This document shows, piece after piece, positions 41,012 through 50,436 of a DNA stretch of 64,000 nt. The stretch lies in UHGV virus genome UHGV-1373362, one strand, 5' to 3'. The notes beneath the pieces were generated by a model, which saw only the letters and a list, made by a program, of their open reading frames with translations, was not told the DNA's origin and made no database searches. Source of the stretch: a virus. A program made the translations under genes and the position numbers. Every line of letters starts with the position of its first letter. Within the stretch, counting starts at the first letter, position 1.

Positions 41012-41036
41012 GAGAGGGGCATTCATTACCCCTCTC
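41012..41036 (-). terminator. perfect 8-bp GC-rich hairpin immediately after the putative capsid gene (attenuator or partial terminator)
   Basis: gagagggg-cattcatta-cccctctc. The minus strand continues atactattataaag, a weak U-tract. Confidence 0.5.
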
Positions 41037-41058
41037 AATATATCTATTATTAATTTTA

Positions 41059-42480
41059 TTATGCTTCTTTCATGATGAAGCTTCTGTATGGAGAGAACAC
41101 TCCAACACCAGAATAACCCCAGTTAATAACCTTAGATGCAGCTACAGTACTGGAAACAATACCAGAGCTTAAACCATCCATACCACCAACACCTGGGTAT
41201 TTATTTGTAATGAAGTCACCACCCTTCAATGTAAACATTTGAATGGCAGGTTCACCACTAGTCTTATCAGCTGTAAGGTCTAGCATTAGACCAAATCCTT
41301 TATCAGAACCCCATTCACGAGAGAACGTTCTGTCTACTCTGAATGAAATAGTATTACCTCCAATTTCATAGCTATTGAATGTAGCACCAACGTCTACATA
41401 TCCATTAGCTTTCTTGGACCATAGATAAGTTCCACAAGTCTTGAATCTGGCTAACCAAGCAGATAGACAGTTTTGAATGTCTCCCCACATCTTCTCGTTA
41501 CAGATAAATACATACTTATTACCAGTTGGCTCCTCTGCTTTCTCGTTCATCATGGACATAGCAGTTGTAAATGCCTCTGGAGTAAGTTTATTGTAAACAT
41601 ATTTAGATGCAAACCTCTCTACTTGTGGAATAATACCATCTCCAATATAAATTGGACGACCAGTATCAGGATCAGAGATTGTTGGTTTACCATTCTTATC
41701 TACATTAGTCTTATTAAATAATAGACCGTTGTTACGAACCTCCAAGAAGTTTCTTAATAGATTCTTCTCAAGAGTGTCCATCTTATACATTACTTCTTTA
41801 GAAGCACCGTTGCCGTCACCTTGACCAATTTTGATGAATGTTTGCTCAAGAGGTTTAAATAATGCAGTATAGCTATCATCAACACGGTGTGTTGTAATGT
41901 AACCCCTATGTCTCTCAATATTGGATTGATATTTTACATATCCCTCTTCATGAGCCTCAGGCATAGCATTAGATTGGAATCTAGTAGTATCACCGATCTG
42001 GCAACCACTAAGGTCTAAAACTGTACTGTAGTCGTTATCAATCAATCTAACTTCTACTCTCCAATAATTATCTGCAACTCTAGTTGGTCTAGAAACAACT
42101 TGGCATTGTTGCATCGTTTTGTCAATCTTAAAGATGTCATACTTCTGGTAGTAATTCTCTTTAAATGCCATTACAATTGTGGAACCACCCTCTCCAGTAG
42201 TTGCCGGAACATCTGCGAACTCAACCCTCTTGATATAGTTAGTTTCAACTTCCCACTCGAAGTACATACTATCAATACTTCTATACTTATTATTTGACTT
42301 AGAATCCATATAGAAGATATTTCTCAAAGATTCTGTCAAGTAAGAAGCAGTTAAATTAGGGTAAAGTCTTGAAACAATACCAAGTCTTGTAGGTTTTGTA
42401 CCTAAGAACTTATAGAAGTCTTCATAAGTTCTAGTTTCCCCCATAGTGGGGCGATTAGTTACGAAATTTGCTACTATCAT
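41059..42480 (-). CDS. putative major capsid protein (473 aa)
   Basis: Inferred from position only. It lies directly downstream of an acidic coiled-coil scaffold-like gene and is followed by a GC hairpin. Size fits an HK97-fold MCP. No sequence motif was confirmed. Confidence 0.45.
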   Translation of the reverse strand: MIVANFVTNRPTMGETRTYEDFYKFLGTKPTRLGIVSRLYPNLTASYLTESLRNIFYMDSKSNNKYRSIDSMYFEWEVETNYIKRVEFADVPATTGEGGSTIVMAFKENYYQKYDIFKIDKTMQQCQVVSRPTRVADNYWRVEVRLIDNDYSTVLDLSGCQIGDTTRFQSNAMPEAHEEGYVKYQSNIERHRGYITTHRVDDSYTALFKPLEQTFIKIGQGDGNGASKEVMYKMDTLEKNLLRNFLEVRNNGLLFNKTNVDKNGKPTISDPDTGRPIYIGDGIIPQVERFASKYVYNKLTPEAFTTAMSMMNEKAEEPTGNKYVFICNEKMWGDIQNCLSAWLARFKTCGTYLWSKKANGYVDVGATFNSYEIGGNTISFRVDRTFSREWGSDKGFGLMLDLTADKTSGEPAIQMFTLKGGDFITNKYPGVGGMDGLSSGIVSSTVAASKVINWGYSGVGVFSPYRSFIMKEA

Positions 42481-42496
42481 ACTTTATAATTTAAAA

Positions 42497-43600
42497 TTAA
42501 TCTACGTCTAAATCGTTGATTGTTATTACTTTATTGTTTATTGGAGGTTTAGCTCCCCCTGACGGTTTTTTTACAACCGATTTAGCAGCATTAGGTTTCA
42601 GTCCGGATTTAGCATCCTCGTAACCCTTGTTATAGTTAGTCTTAGCTGCCTCTGTAATCTTCTGCTTATAATAACCTGAAATTTGGCTAAATGCCTCTTG
42701 TCCCTTTAATGCATACCAAACCATACCAACTAAAGTCTTAGGATCATTCAAGGCTTTGGCAATATGCCTAACTCCAGTAACATCTGAGTCTAAGATAAAG
42801 CTAGCAATTTCATTCATATCGTCCTCAGACAAGGTTAGTCGGGACTCACCCAGATCAATAGTGTCACTCTCTTGAATTGCAGCTACAATAGTATCTTCGA
42901 ACTCTTGAGCAGCTTTTTCTGCTTCTAATCTTCGTTCTTCCTCCTCTTGTTGAGCTGCTAACTCTTCCCTCTTCTTATACTCACTACGAATACTCTGAAC
43001 TTTCTTCTGATAAAGAGACTCATTCTGTTTAGCTAATTCAAGTTCTGAAGCAGCATCCTCATCAGTGAGTTCTGGGATCTTTGCTTTTAAATCTGCTACA
43101 TATAATTCATCATCTGGTATAGAATCGACCTCGAATGTAGGAGTTTCTTCCGTATGACTGGCCAGATACTCTTGAATGGCCTGTCTTCCAATGTATTCTT
43201 TATATTCATCAACACTCAGACCATTAGTTCTAAGCTCGTTAATGATAGAAATTTCATCATCTGCAAGACCATAATCATCGTCAGATTCATTATACTTTAG
43301 AATCTGCAATTGTTCTTCTCTAGTAAGATCATTAAAATCTTTCTCCTCAATATCTCCAGTTTCAGTTTGAAACTTTATAGAACCTGGATTGATTCCTCTA
43401 TCTTTTAGTAGGGCAGCAACCAGATCATCCTCTGTTTCTTCTTCTTGAATGGCATCTGGATCATCTGCGGGAGGTGGTGTTGTGTCATCATCACCCATCC
43501 AAGGCTTTGTAAACGTATCCTCATTGAATACATCAACATCTTCACCTGGTTCACCTAAACCTACATCATCAATGTCTAAATCCTCTAATTTCATTTCCAT
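42497..43600 (-). CDS. putative scaffolding protein (very acidic N-terminus, Glu/Lys/Gln-rich coiled-coil)
   Basis: EDLDIDDVGLGEPGEDVDVFNED... and QQEEEERRLEAEKAAQEFED. The ORF-track start is TTG (43627). The likely true start is the ATG at 43600 (MEMKLEDLD). Confidence 0.5.
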   Translation of the reverse strand: MEMKLEDLDIDDVGLGEPGEDVDVFNEDTFTKPWMGDDDTTPPPADDPDAIQEEETEDDLVAALLKDRGINPGSIKFQTETGDIEEKDFNDLTREEQLQILKYNESDDDYGLADDEISIINELRTNGLSVDEYKEYIGRQAIQEYLASHTEETPTFEVDSIPDDELYVADLKAKIPELTDEDAASELELAKQNESLYQKKVQSIRSEYKKREELAAQQEEEERRLEAEKAAQEFEDTIVAAIQESDTIDLGESRLTLSEDDMNEIASFILDSDVTGVRHIAKALNDPKTLVGMVWYALKGQEAFSQISGYYKQKITEAAKTNYNKGYEDAKSGLKPNAAKSVVKKPSGGAKPPINNKVITINDLDVD

Positions 43601-43620
43601 ATTAATCCCTCTTAAAGTTA

Positions 43621-43660
43621 TTTGCAAAGTTAAATAAATTTTATCGTATGTTAAAACGAT
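43621..43660 (-). promoter_or_regulatory. candidate Bacteroidota-type sigma-A promoter: -7 TAACTTTG inside the conserved TTATTTAACTTTGC motif, with a weak -33
   Basis: The minus strand reads ...cgttttaacatacgataaaatttatttaactttgcaaataactttaagagggattaatATG. The same 14-mer recurs at 62671-62684. Confidence 0.4.
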
Positions 43661-43699
43661 TCATAGAATTTCGTTAAAGATTCTAAATTACAGCATTTA

Positions 43700-44293
43700 T
43701 TAACCTTGAATTGCCTTTACATAATTCAATATACCATTTACATGAGTATTAATAATAGATCTTCTCCCTTCCTCTGATAGAAGGAATTCTACATCCTCTT
43801 TATTATCCTGAAATAAGTTCTCAGTGAGAACTGCTGGACAGCTAGTTTCCCTACATATAGCTAGGTTTTGCTTCCAATATACTTGTGTTTGTGAATATTT
43901 TCTTAGTGTTAGTCCCTCTGCTTGGGCTGCTTTAAATAAGCACTCTGCTAGTTTTTTACTTTTGCTTGAGCTATTATTCGATATAAATACACTCCATCCT
44001 TTTGCATTTAGCCAACTTGACCCATCACCAGCAGCATTACAGTGAATCGACACCAATACAGTATTAGCTCTACCATGTTTATCACAGTATTGGTTTACTA
44101 TTTTACATCTCTGCATCAGTGGTATATCTTCGTTGTCTTCTACTACTCTATGAACTTCAAACCCCTTGGAGGCAAGCTGTTTCATAATTTCATCTGCAAT
44201 CTCTCTTGTATACTTATATTCCCTGAGTCTGCCATCCGGGCTTCTTTTACCCGGAGTAGACTCACCATGTCCTGTATCTAATAAAATTATCAT
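43700..44293 (-). CDS. N-acetylmuramoyl-L-alanine amidase (Amidase_3 family), probable endolysin
   Basis: ILLDTGHGESTPGKRSPDG (DPGHGG-like), LVSIHCNAAG (SIHxNA) and AVLTENLFQDNKEDVEFL (E-x-gFisN) match Amidase_3 signature blocks. Confidence 0.85.
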   Translation of the reverse strand: MIILLDTGHGESTPGKRSPDGRLREYKYTREIADEIMKQLASKGFEVHRVVEDNEDIPLMQRCKIVNQYCDKHGRANTVLVSIHCNAAGDGSSWLNAKGWSVFISNNSSSKSKKLAECLFKAAQAEGLTLRKYSQTQVYWKQNLAICRETSCPAVLTENLFQDNKEDVEFLLSEEGRRSIINTHVNGILNYVKAIQG

Positions 44294-44604
44294 AGTTTAT
44301 TAAACTTTAAACATGTATCAAGGAGGTTTAAATCAATCTTACCCTCATCGTCTAATTTCTTTATACTATTTTGGATGATTTTGATTTGGTCTATATTAAG
44401 ATCGAAGTCTTTACCTAGATCTTTGGACATATCCCATTGAATTTTGCCTTCTGCCTCGTTGTAATTAATTTCATTACGCTCTTCTTCAGAGAACTTGATC
44501 TTTTTAACCAAATCCATTACTTCAACCATTTCGGTCAATTTACCGTTAGCTGGTAAAATTGATATAACTACCAGTCTGTCTCTCACGTTCAAATTTACTA
44601 TCAT
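44290..44604 (-). CDS. hypothetical protein of about 104 aa
   Basis: The ORF-track start is TTG (44616). ATG at 44604. Confidence 0.45.
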   Translation of the reverse strand: MIVNLNVRDRLVVISILPANGKLTEMVEVMDLVKKIKFSEEERNEINYNEAEGKIQWDMSKDLGKDFDLNIDQIKIIQNSIKKLDDEGKIDLNLLDTCLKFNKL

Positions 44605-44605
44605 A

Positions 44606-47600
44606 CTATTCTTCAATTACGTTTACAATCAATCCATTTACTACTACAATCCTAACCTTATCTAAGTCTATACCTTTACCAAATGTTACTCCCATATACC
44701 TCCTTCCTTTTTCAGGATAATTAGGTTTAGTTATAGACACACCATCATAGTCTACTGCATCATCAGAAGGAGTTATAACTGTTTTACCTGTCACAGTATG
44801 ATTACTCTCTGTAGTAATTTCATGTCCCAAGTGTGCCCCAGTATTTAAAAATACTGGACCATCTGCATATAAAGCAAACCTATATTTCTCTAAATTTGGG
44901 TATGTTATATTTTCTTTAAGGTCTGTACTATAACAAGTTGTATAAATTCCAGTGCCCCAACCTTGAACCCTTAAACCCATGAACGCATTTGAGGTTACAA
45001 AGTTATTTTGAATGTCTACAAGTGCATTTCTAGCCCAACTTGACCAGTCATTAGCTCTTCCTATCTTCACAGAATTAGTATATGTAGACCCAAGATAGGA
45101 AGTTATTTTACTATATTCAAGTCTATCTTGTACTATTTTAAACTGACCTATGAATGCACCATTTCTAACTACAAGATTAGTGGTATCTATCTTATCAGCC
45201 GATATACTACCTGTGGCAATCATGTTTCCATTAATTGTAGTTTGTCCTATAACCCCTTGAACTTTGCTTGTAAATATAGCAGACCCCTCAAAGTTGATCT
45301 TATCAGCACTAATGGTAACTTCAGACACATCATTGTTAATTGCAGTCATAATAGAAGCTGCATTAGCTACAGTTCCATCTTCATTAAGAATTGCGCTAAA
45401 CATTACACTTAAGTTGGATTTGGTAACAAACCCACTAGTTTCAGTAGGAACCCAATTACCATCTGGATCTATATATCCTAATTTAGACACTGTCATTTCG
45501 AACTGGTCTGCCCTCATAGATAGGTGGGCAATATTTCCTTTATTGTCATCTACTGTAGCACTGATACCATCTATATCTATAACAAGCTGTGTATACTTAT
45601 CGTTTAAATCTCCAAATAGGAACTCAGCATAATCTTTATTAAAATCAACTACTGACTGCCCTGTACTTAAATAAAATTCTCCAGTTAGGAAAACATTCTC
45701 ACCATATAAACCAAATCCATAGGGTTGTTTAGTTCCGAAAACCTCATTGTTAATTCCTTCAAGATTGCCAAGTCTTACCTTAGTACTTTTCGTGTATGCA
45801 TGTCTATACTTACCATTTGTACCTTTAGCTACAGCTGAGTGTATAGTTGGCCTGTCAGTAATAAAGAAACCATATTTAGATGGATTTGCTAATATAGTAG
45901 AAGTGATCTCAGTGGTAGTGCCATCATTAATGAGTACCTCATAAAGATCCTCCTGCTTTTCATCCTCAGCTTTGGTCACCTTAACAAATACTAATGGATA
46001 TTCCTTAGTATTACTAGTAATATGCGAAGGTTTCTCATGGCTGTTTATATACTTGGGATTAACTGTTTGATAATAGTAATCAGCTGCATCTCCCTTAGAA
46101 TATATGGTGCCTTTCTTTTTAATAAATGCCTTCTTCATATCATAGACTGGAATATCATACAATACTGAATAGTCAGGTTTGTCCAATCCAGATACTATAT
46201 CAATGTAAGGCCCTTGATCATCACAAGAAGTAAGATAGATAGCGTTCTGTCTACTTACGTCTTGAATGTTTCCCATTTGAATCATATCATCCTTTGCGGC
46301 AATATCATCTAGCCTACTTTCTGGGGTGCTGGACTTACTAGATGATTCTATAGTACCAGTAGCAGAACTATAACTCTGCTCTGTCTTATTATATTGGGTA
46401 TTGTTGTATTCCTCCTTAGATGATATTAAAGTACCATCATCTCCGTAATGCAACTCAGTATATATGTCAAACACTGAAGTTGCCTTCATCATTATATACC
46501 TTCTGCTTTCGATTTGATTAACAACCAAAGCATCATAATACTTAATATTACCATCAGTATACTTTTGACACCTTATTATGTCGCCAGCCTTTAAAGTAGG
46601 GTACTCATCTGGGTCAGTATCTACAACCCATAAATTTGGAACAGGGATCACAGGCTTATTACCTGAATTTATCTGCTCATTAGCCTGCCCAATTGCTGTA
46701 TTCATTAATGAGTTGTCAAGTGCAAAGTACTTATAGAAAGTTTTGATTTCCACCAGACTTTTACTATTTAATCCATTAGCTTCATAATCATCCATTGCAG
46801 ATGCATTCTTTGGAATCATCACAAATGAAATATCCTTATTGATGGAATCAGAATAAGTATATTCTAATGGATCATTATCGGGAGACCATTTACTAACTAC
46901 CCTTTCCTTACTAATATAATACAAGCTTATAGCCCCCTTATATTTTTTATATTCATCTTCTGATACTGAACCAGTATATTGACTATATTCTTTAGCTAGT
47001 ATAGACTCATCGTATAAGCTTTGTGGCCCTTTAAATAAAGGACTATTTACAACAGCTTCAGCATTCTTTATATGTATAATAAATTTATAATTAATAAATG
47101 TTTTGGCTGTGGTATTAATAGTACTTGGTTTAGATAACTCCTTAGTGAGAGTAACCTGGCTTTCTATATTGGATGACACTTGTGGAAGATAATAACTCCC
47201 AGAGTTTAAAATCCTCAACATAGCATCCTTATTTTCTTGGGAGCCTGTCCAAACCCCAAAGCTACCTAGTTGTGATGAGGTTAAGATTATAGGTTGTACC
47301 GCAGCTTCACACTTACATGAATTACTAACCCATAAAGAGCCATTAGTTGCACTGATTTTATTGATTACCATTTCATATACCCTCATAGCTTTTCTAACTA
47401 CCAAGTAGTCTACTGTAAGGGTATTGGTATCAGCATCAAGCCTCCAGCCATAACCACTGAATCCAGATGCAAATTCAGGAGAGGTTAAACTATTACTAGC
47501 TACCAAATCTCCATACATTCTTACGTTTTGTTTAAATACCCAGTTGTTCTCTGAGGTACCTTTACCCTTAAATGTCCAATTACCAGTAATTACTTCATCG

Positions 47601-48085
47601 ACTTTCTTTTTAGCAAGATCCTCATATGAATAACCACCTAAATATTCGGCATTTAAGTTTCTAACCAACTTAGACGAAGCTACAACTAATGGTGCTGCAA
47701 CTGTATTAATTTCAAGTTGGCCTGTCATTGTATCTCCCTTACGTCTTACATAACCATCATCAGCACCTTCTGCTGCTTCTATTAACGCTACGTAATGATT
47801 ATCGTATGAAAGATATAATGTTGTATTTAGAGTGTTGTAAACGAAGAATCCATCTCCAGGATACTCCATTTCTTCCATCTCTAATGTACTATGAACTATT
47901 ATAGTGCGGCTCCCAATATCTGACTCCGACGATTTGTCTAATAGCTTTAAGACATCACTAAGGACTCTAGAACTATTTCCAGTTTTAATGTAAACCTTAC
48001 CTAGAGTTTCTAGTACCAGGTCAGTATATTTATTACCTACTATGACTTTGTCGTTTCCTAAAAAGGATTCAGTTCTGACTTCCAT
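44606..48085 (-). CDS. giant 1159-aa structural (tail) protein
   Basis: 3.5-kb ATG ORF. Overlaps the upstream 115-aa gene by 17 nt. Confidence 0.6.
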   Translation of the reverse strand: MEVRTESFLGNDKVIVGNKYTDLVLETLGKVYIKTGNSSRVLSDVLKLLDKSSESDIGSRTIIVHSTLEMEEMEYPGDGFFVYNTLNTTLYLSYDNHYVALIEAAEGADDGYVRRKGDTMTGQLEINTVAAPLVVASSKLVRNLNAEYLGGYSYEDLAKKKVDEVITGNWTFKGKGTSENNWVFKQNVRMYGDLVASNSLTSPEFASGFSGYGWRLDADTNTLTVDYLVVRKAMRVYEMVINKISATNGSLWVSNSCKCEAAVQPIILTSSQLGSFGVWTGSQENKDAMLRILNSGSYYLPQVSSNIESQVTLTKELSKPSTINTTAKTFINYKFIIHIKNAEAVVNSPLFKGPQSLYDESILAKEYSQYTGSVSEDEYKKYKGAISLYYISKERVVSKWSPDNDPLEYTYSDSINKDISFVMIPKNASAMDDYEANGLNSKSLVEIKTFYKYFALDNSLMNTAIGQANEQINSGNKPVIPVPNLWVVDTDPDEYPTLKAGDIIRCQKYTDGNIKYYDALVVNQIESRRYIMMKATSVFDIYTELHYGDDGTLISSKEEYNNTQYNKTEQSYSSATGTIESSSKSSTPESRLDDIAAKDDMIQMGNIQDVSRQNAIYLTSCDDQGPYIDIVSGLDKPDYSVLYDIPVYDMKKAFIKKKGTIYSKGDAADYYYQTVNPKYINSHEKPSHITSNTKEYPLVFVKVTKAEDEKQEDLYEVLINDGTTTEITSTILANPSKYGFFITDRPTIHSAVAKGTNGKYRHAYTKSTKVRLGNLEGINNEVFGTKQPYGFGLYGENVFLTGEFYLSTGQSVVDFNKDYAEFLFGDLNDKYTQLVIDIDGISATVDDNKGNIAHLSMRADQFEMTVSKLGYIDPDGNWVPTETSGFVTKSNLSVMFSAILNEDGTVANAASIMTAINNDVSEVTISADKINFEGSAIFTSKVQGVIGQTTINGNMIATGSISADKIDTTNLVVRNGAFIGQFKIVQDRLEYSKITSYLGSTYTNSVKIGRANDWSSWARNALVDIQNNFVTSNAFMGLRVQGWGTGIYTTCYSTDLKENITYPNLEKYRFALYADGPVFLNTGAHLGHEITTESNHTVTGKTVITPSDDAVDYDGVSITKPNYPEKGRRYMGVTFGKGIDLDKVRIVVVNGLIVNVIEE

Positions 48086-48416
48086 TATTAGCTTTTAATG
48101 TTTTGAATATCTTTTCGAACTCATCAATGTCAGCCTCTCCAAACTTAATTGATTTACCAAATAGTTTTACAACATATCCGTTCTTAGCATGAATCTTCAT
48201 AACATCACGTAAAGCATTCCCGAATAGGTTAATATTTATATTTCCACCTTTATCTAAAAATGGCTCCAAATACATTCCATACTTATCATAAGCATTATTA
48301 ACTACGTATGTTATAAGAGTATCAGTTCCTATAGTGTTAATACCAAATAGGTTACTTACTAAGTTCTTTGTGAATGTGTTTGCTGCCTGAAATAGTAATT
48401 CTTTATCACTCATCAT
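48069..48416 (-). CDS. hypothetical 115-aa protein
   Basis: ATG ORF, coupled to its neighbours. Confidence 0.5.
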   Translation of the reverse strand: MMSDKELLFQAANTFTKNLVSNLFGINTIGTDTLITYVVNNAYDKYGMYLEPFLDKGGNININLFGNALRDVMKIHAKNGYVVKLFGKSIKFGEADIDEFEKIFKTLKANNGSQN

Positions 48417-48865
48417 TTGCTGGCTGATTTATTCATCATAAGTTCATCAAATCTCTTTTTCATTTCTGGGTCACTTTCCATTAATTCTAATAAAGTGTTT
48501 ACTTTCTCTTCTTTAGCTTTTATTTGAGATTGAATAAATTCTTTACTCTTTTTAATGGTTGCAAGTAAATTCTCTGCTGCTACCTTACCATCAGGTGAAC
48601 TTACATACTCTTGACTAAATTTATTACCCAAAAATGTCATGAAGCCTGCTTCATAAGTTTGCTTGGCCATTTGATATTCCTGAGTTTTAGCAAGAACATT
48701 CTGTTCATCTATAGACAGAGACCCAACCTCTCTGTTTATTTCGTCCAAGATAGGTTGGGTCTTCTGCTGTGCTGCTTGTGCTTGTTGCATCACTTGTAGT
48801 TGTTGTAAGTATTGATTTTGTAAATCGGTAAGGTTACTTCCGAATGGTTGTCCAAACATTGACAT
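48413..48865 (-). CDS. hypothetical 150-aa coiled-coil protein (Gln-rich)
   Basis: ATG ORF containing QNQYLQQLQVMQQAQAAQQ. Confidence 0.5.
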   Translation of the reverse strand: MSMFGQPFGSNLTDLQNQYLQQLQVMQQAQAAQQKTQPILDEINREVGSLSIDEQNVLAKTQEYQMAKQTYEAGFMTFLGNKFSQEYVSSPDGKVAAENLLATIKKSKEFIQSQIKAKEEKVNTLLELMESDPEMKKRFDELMMNKSASK

Positions 48866-48868
48866 AGA

Positions 48869-49333
48869 TTATGCATTAGGGACTGGTGTTGTAACTGGTT
48901 GAATCTCAAATACTGAGTAAGCACAATTACCTTTAACTGGCAACGATGTAGGCAACTCATTTAAAATAGCTTGGTTAACTATACTGACTCCGTTAGGAAT
49001 TATAACATCTACTACTTTATTAGATTCAACATTAATATCTGTAACAGTCTCACTAGTAGCTGAAGTTGCTATAATAGTTGATGTGGTATCTGTAACTACT
49101 CTAACATGTCCTTTACAGTCGGTATATTGTAAGTTATGAATTATATCTAACTTAGTTACCTGTAAATAGCTAGCTGCACCAGTTTGCGCTGTATTAATAA
49201 CCTTAGCCCACCTTTGACTGATTGATAATGTAGACACAGGAGCTACTGATGCATTTGCTCCACATGGTAACGATACATTAAATTCAATCACCTGACCATT
49301 ATTCTCCGATATAGGAGTAATTTTAACTTTCAT
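48869..49333 (-). CDS. hypothetical Thr/Val-rich beta-type protein of about 154 aa (possible Ig-like virion protein)
   Basis: The ORF-track start (49414) overlaps the upstream gene. The internal ATG at 49333 (MKVKITPISENNG) removes the overlap. Confidence 0.45.
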   Translation of the reverse strand: MKVKITPISENNGQVIEFNVSLPCGANASVAPVSTLSISQRWAKVINTAQTGAASYLQVTKLDIIHNLQYTDCKGHVRVVTDTTSTIIATSATSETVTDINVESNKVVDVIIPNGVSIVNQAILNELPTSLPVKGNCAYSVFEIQPVTTPVPNA

Positions 49334-49398
49334 TTTAGTTTGTGTTTTAGATAAAAATAATAAAGGGAGACTATGTAACATAATCTCCCTCTGGTATC

Positions 49399-50274
49399 TT
49401 ACTGAGCAGTACAACTAGGACAAGTACTGTTAATAGCTGTATTTACTGCATTCCAGTTAGAAGCAGCTTGACCAGCATACATACCTGTTCCATATTGCGT
49501 AAACGGACTACAGTATAGTGGAGAAATACTAGGAACTGGAGCACATAAGTCACTGTAAGCATATTTCAACTGTCCAGTAATCTTATGGTCTAATTGTCTC
49601 TGTAAATCACCAGCAGCAACTAATAGTTGTTTCTCAGATTTGCAGCAGCAATTGTCTGAATATCTCTCAGCGTTTACTTTGTTAAGTTCAAACATTAGAG
49701 GTAAAGCAGCAGCAGTAGCAGCCTCTTTCTTCTCTAACTCATTGATTCTAGTGCTTAATCTCTCGAAGAGATCAGTCTTCTCCTGTACGTCTTGTTCTCT
49801 CCTCTTATAAAGCTCATCACATAATCTCATGTTCTGAGCGTTATCACGAGTGATTATATCAACGTACATTCCACTCTTCTCTTGTAGGTCTTCTACTCTG
49901 CCTTTCCAGATTTGGTTTGTTAGAATTTGAGTTTCGTTTCCAATTCTTTCGTTAGTAGCTAGATTTCTACTATTGATGTAAGTGTACAAGTCTACATCAT
50001 CTTGCAAAGATTGAACTCTATTGTTCCAAGCTAAGTTTTGTGACATTTCCCCTTGTACCATAGCAGTTTGCATAGCTTTCTCAGCTAGACAGTTGCCATT
50101 GTTTCCACCAAATAGACCTCCAAGGATTCCTCCGTTGTTTCCACAGCCGCAGCCACCGTTGTTACCGAATGCTGATAAAGCTGTTCCAATAATACCTAGA
50201 GTGAGAGCAGCATTGGTGCGACCCTTGCTACCAAATTTGTCCTCTGCCTCATGCATTGTCAAAAATTCTGCCAT
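49399..50274 (-). CDS. 291-aa protein with an N-terminal hydrophobic helix, a Gly/Cys-rich zipper and a coiled-coil (membrane-active or ejection protein?)
   Basis: ALTLGIIGTALSAFGNNGGCGCGNNGGILGGLFGGNNGNC, then a heptad-like region, then NCCCK. First gene after a promoter-like element. Confidence 0.5.
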   Translation of the reverse strand: MAEFLTMHEAEDKFGSKGRTNAALTLGIIGTALSAFGNNGGCGCGNNGGILGGLFGGNNGNCLAEKAMQTAMVQGEMSQNLAWNNRVQSLQDDVDLYTYINSRNLATNERIGNETQILTNQIWKGRVEDLQEKSGMYVDIITRDNAQNMRLCDELYKRREQDVQEKTDLFERLSTRINELEKKEAATAAALPLMFELNKVNAERYSDNCCCKSEKQLLVAAGDLQRQLDHKITGQLKYAYSDLCAPVPSISPLYCSPFTQYGTGMYAGQAASNWNAVNTAINSTCPSCTAQ

Positions 50275-50341
50275 AAATGTTGTGTTTGTGTGTGTTATTT
50301 TATCCCAATCTGTTAAGTGCGCTCCTTAACTTTTAATAATG

Positions 50342-50376
50342 CAAATTTACCCATTCTTAAAGGTCTTACCAAAGAA
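50342..50376 (-). promoter_or_regulatory. candidate Bacteroidota sigma-A promoter (-33 TTTG, 20-nt spacer, -7 TAAATTTG) upstream of the 291-aa gene
   Basis: The minus strand reads ttctTTGgtaagacctttaagaatgggTAAATTTGc, about 68 nt upstream of the ATG at 50274. Confidence 0.5.
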
Positions 50377-50380
50377 TAAT

Positions 50381-50436
50381 TGTTAACATATGTTAAAGAT
50401 ACCAAAATGATTTTGGGAATATCCTGGTATCTTTAA
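50381..50436 (-). promoter_or_regulatory. 12-bp perfect inverted repeat (20-nt spacer) abutting a 14-bp palindrome, between the giant LRR gene stop and the promoter
   Basis: ttaaagatacca (50393-50404) pairs with tggtatctttaa (50425-50436). The palindrome is ttaacatatgttaa (50381-50394). Confidence 0.55.

Noticed and set aside
41059-42480. Assigning the 473-aa protein confidently as major capsid protein by sequence
   Set aside because: I cannot recall a diagnostic MCP motif to match. The call is kept at low confidence and based on gene context only (scaffold upstream, hairpin downstream).
43601-43627. ORF-track start codons that are TTG/GTG (42497..43627, 20776.., 26094..26660, 35809..36414, 44290..44616, 62730..63833)
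   Set aside because: In each case an ATG lies 1-9 codons inside and gives a canonical overlap (TAATG/TGATG) or frees a promoter-like motif. For 63833 the frame is simply open further upstream. Coordinates were adjusted rather than accepting the non-ATG starts.
43628-43699. Possible tRNA or small RNA in the 72-bp gap upstream of the scaffold gene (aacga...tcgtt 5-bp inverted repeat)
   Set aside because: No cloverleaf, no GTTCRA T-loop motif, and the stem is too short. The gap is better explained as a promoter region.
50278-50296. GT-rich microsatellite-like tract tgtgtttgtgtgtgtt as a mobile-element end or recombination site
   Set aside because: It is a single short tract immediately upstream of a start codon, more likely 5'-UTR composition. 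No second copy or inverted partner was found.
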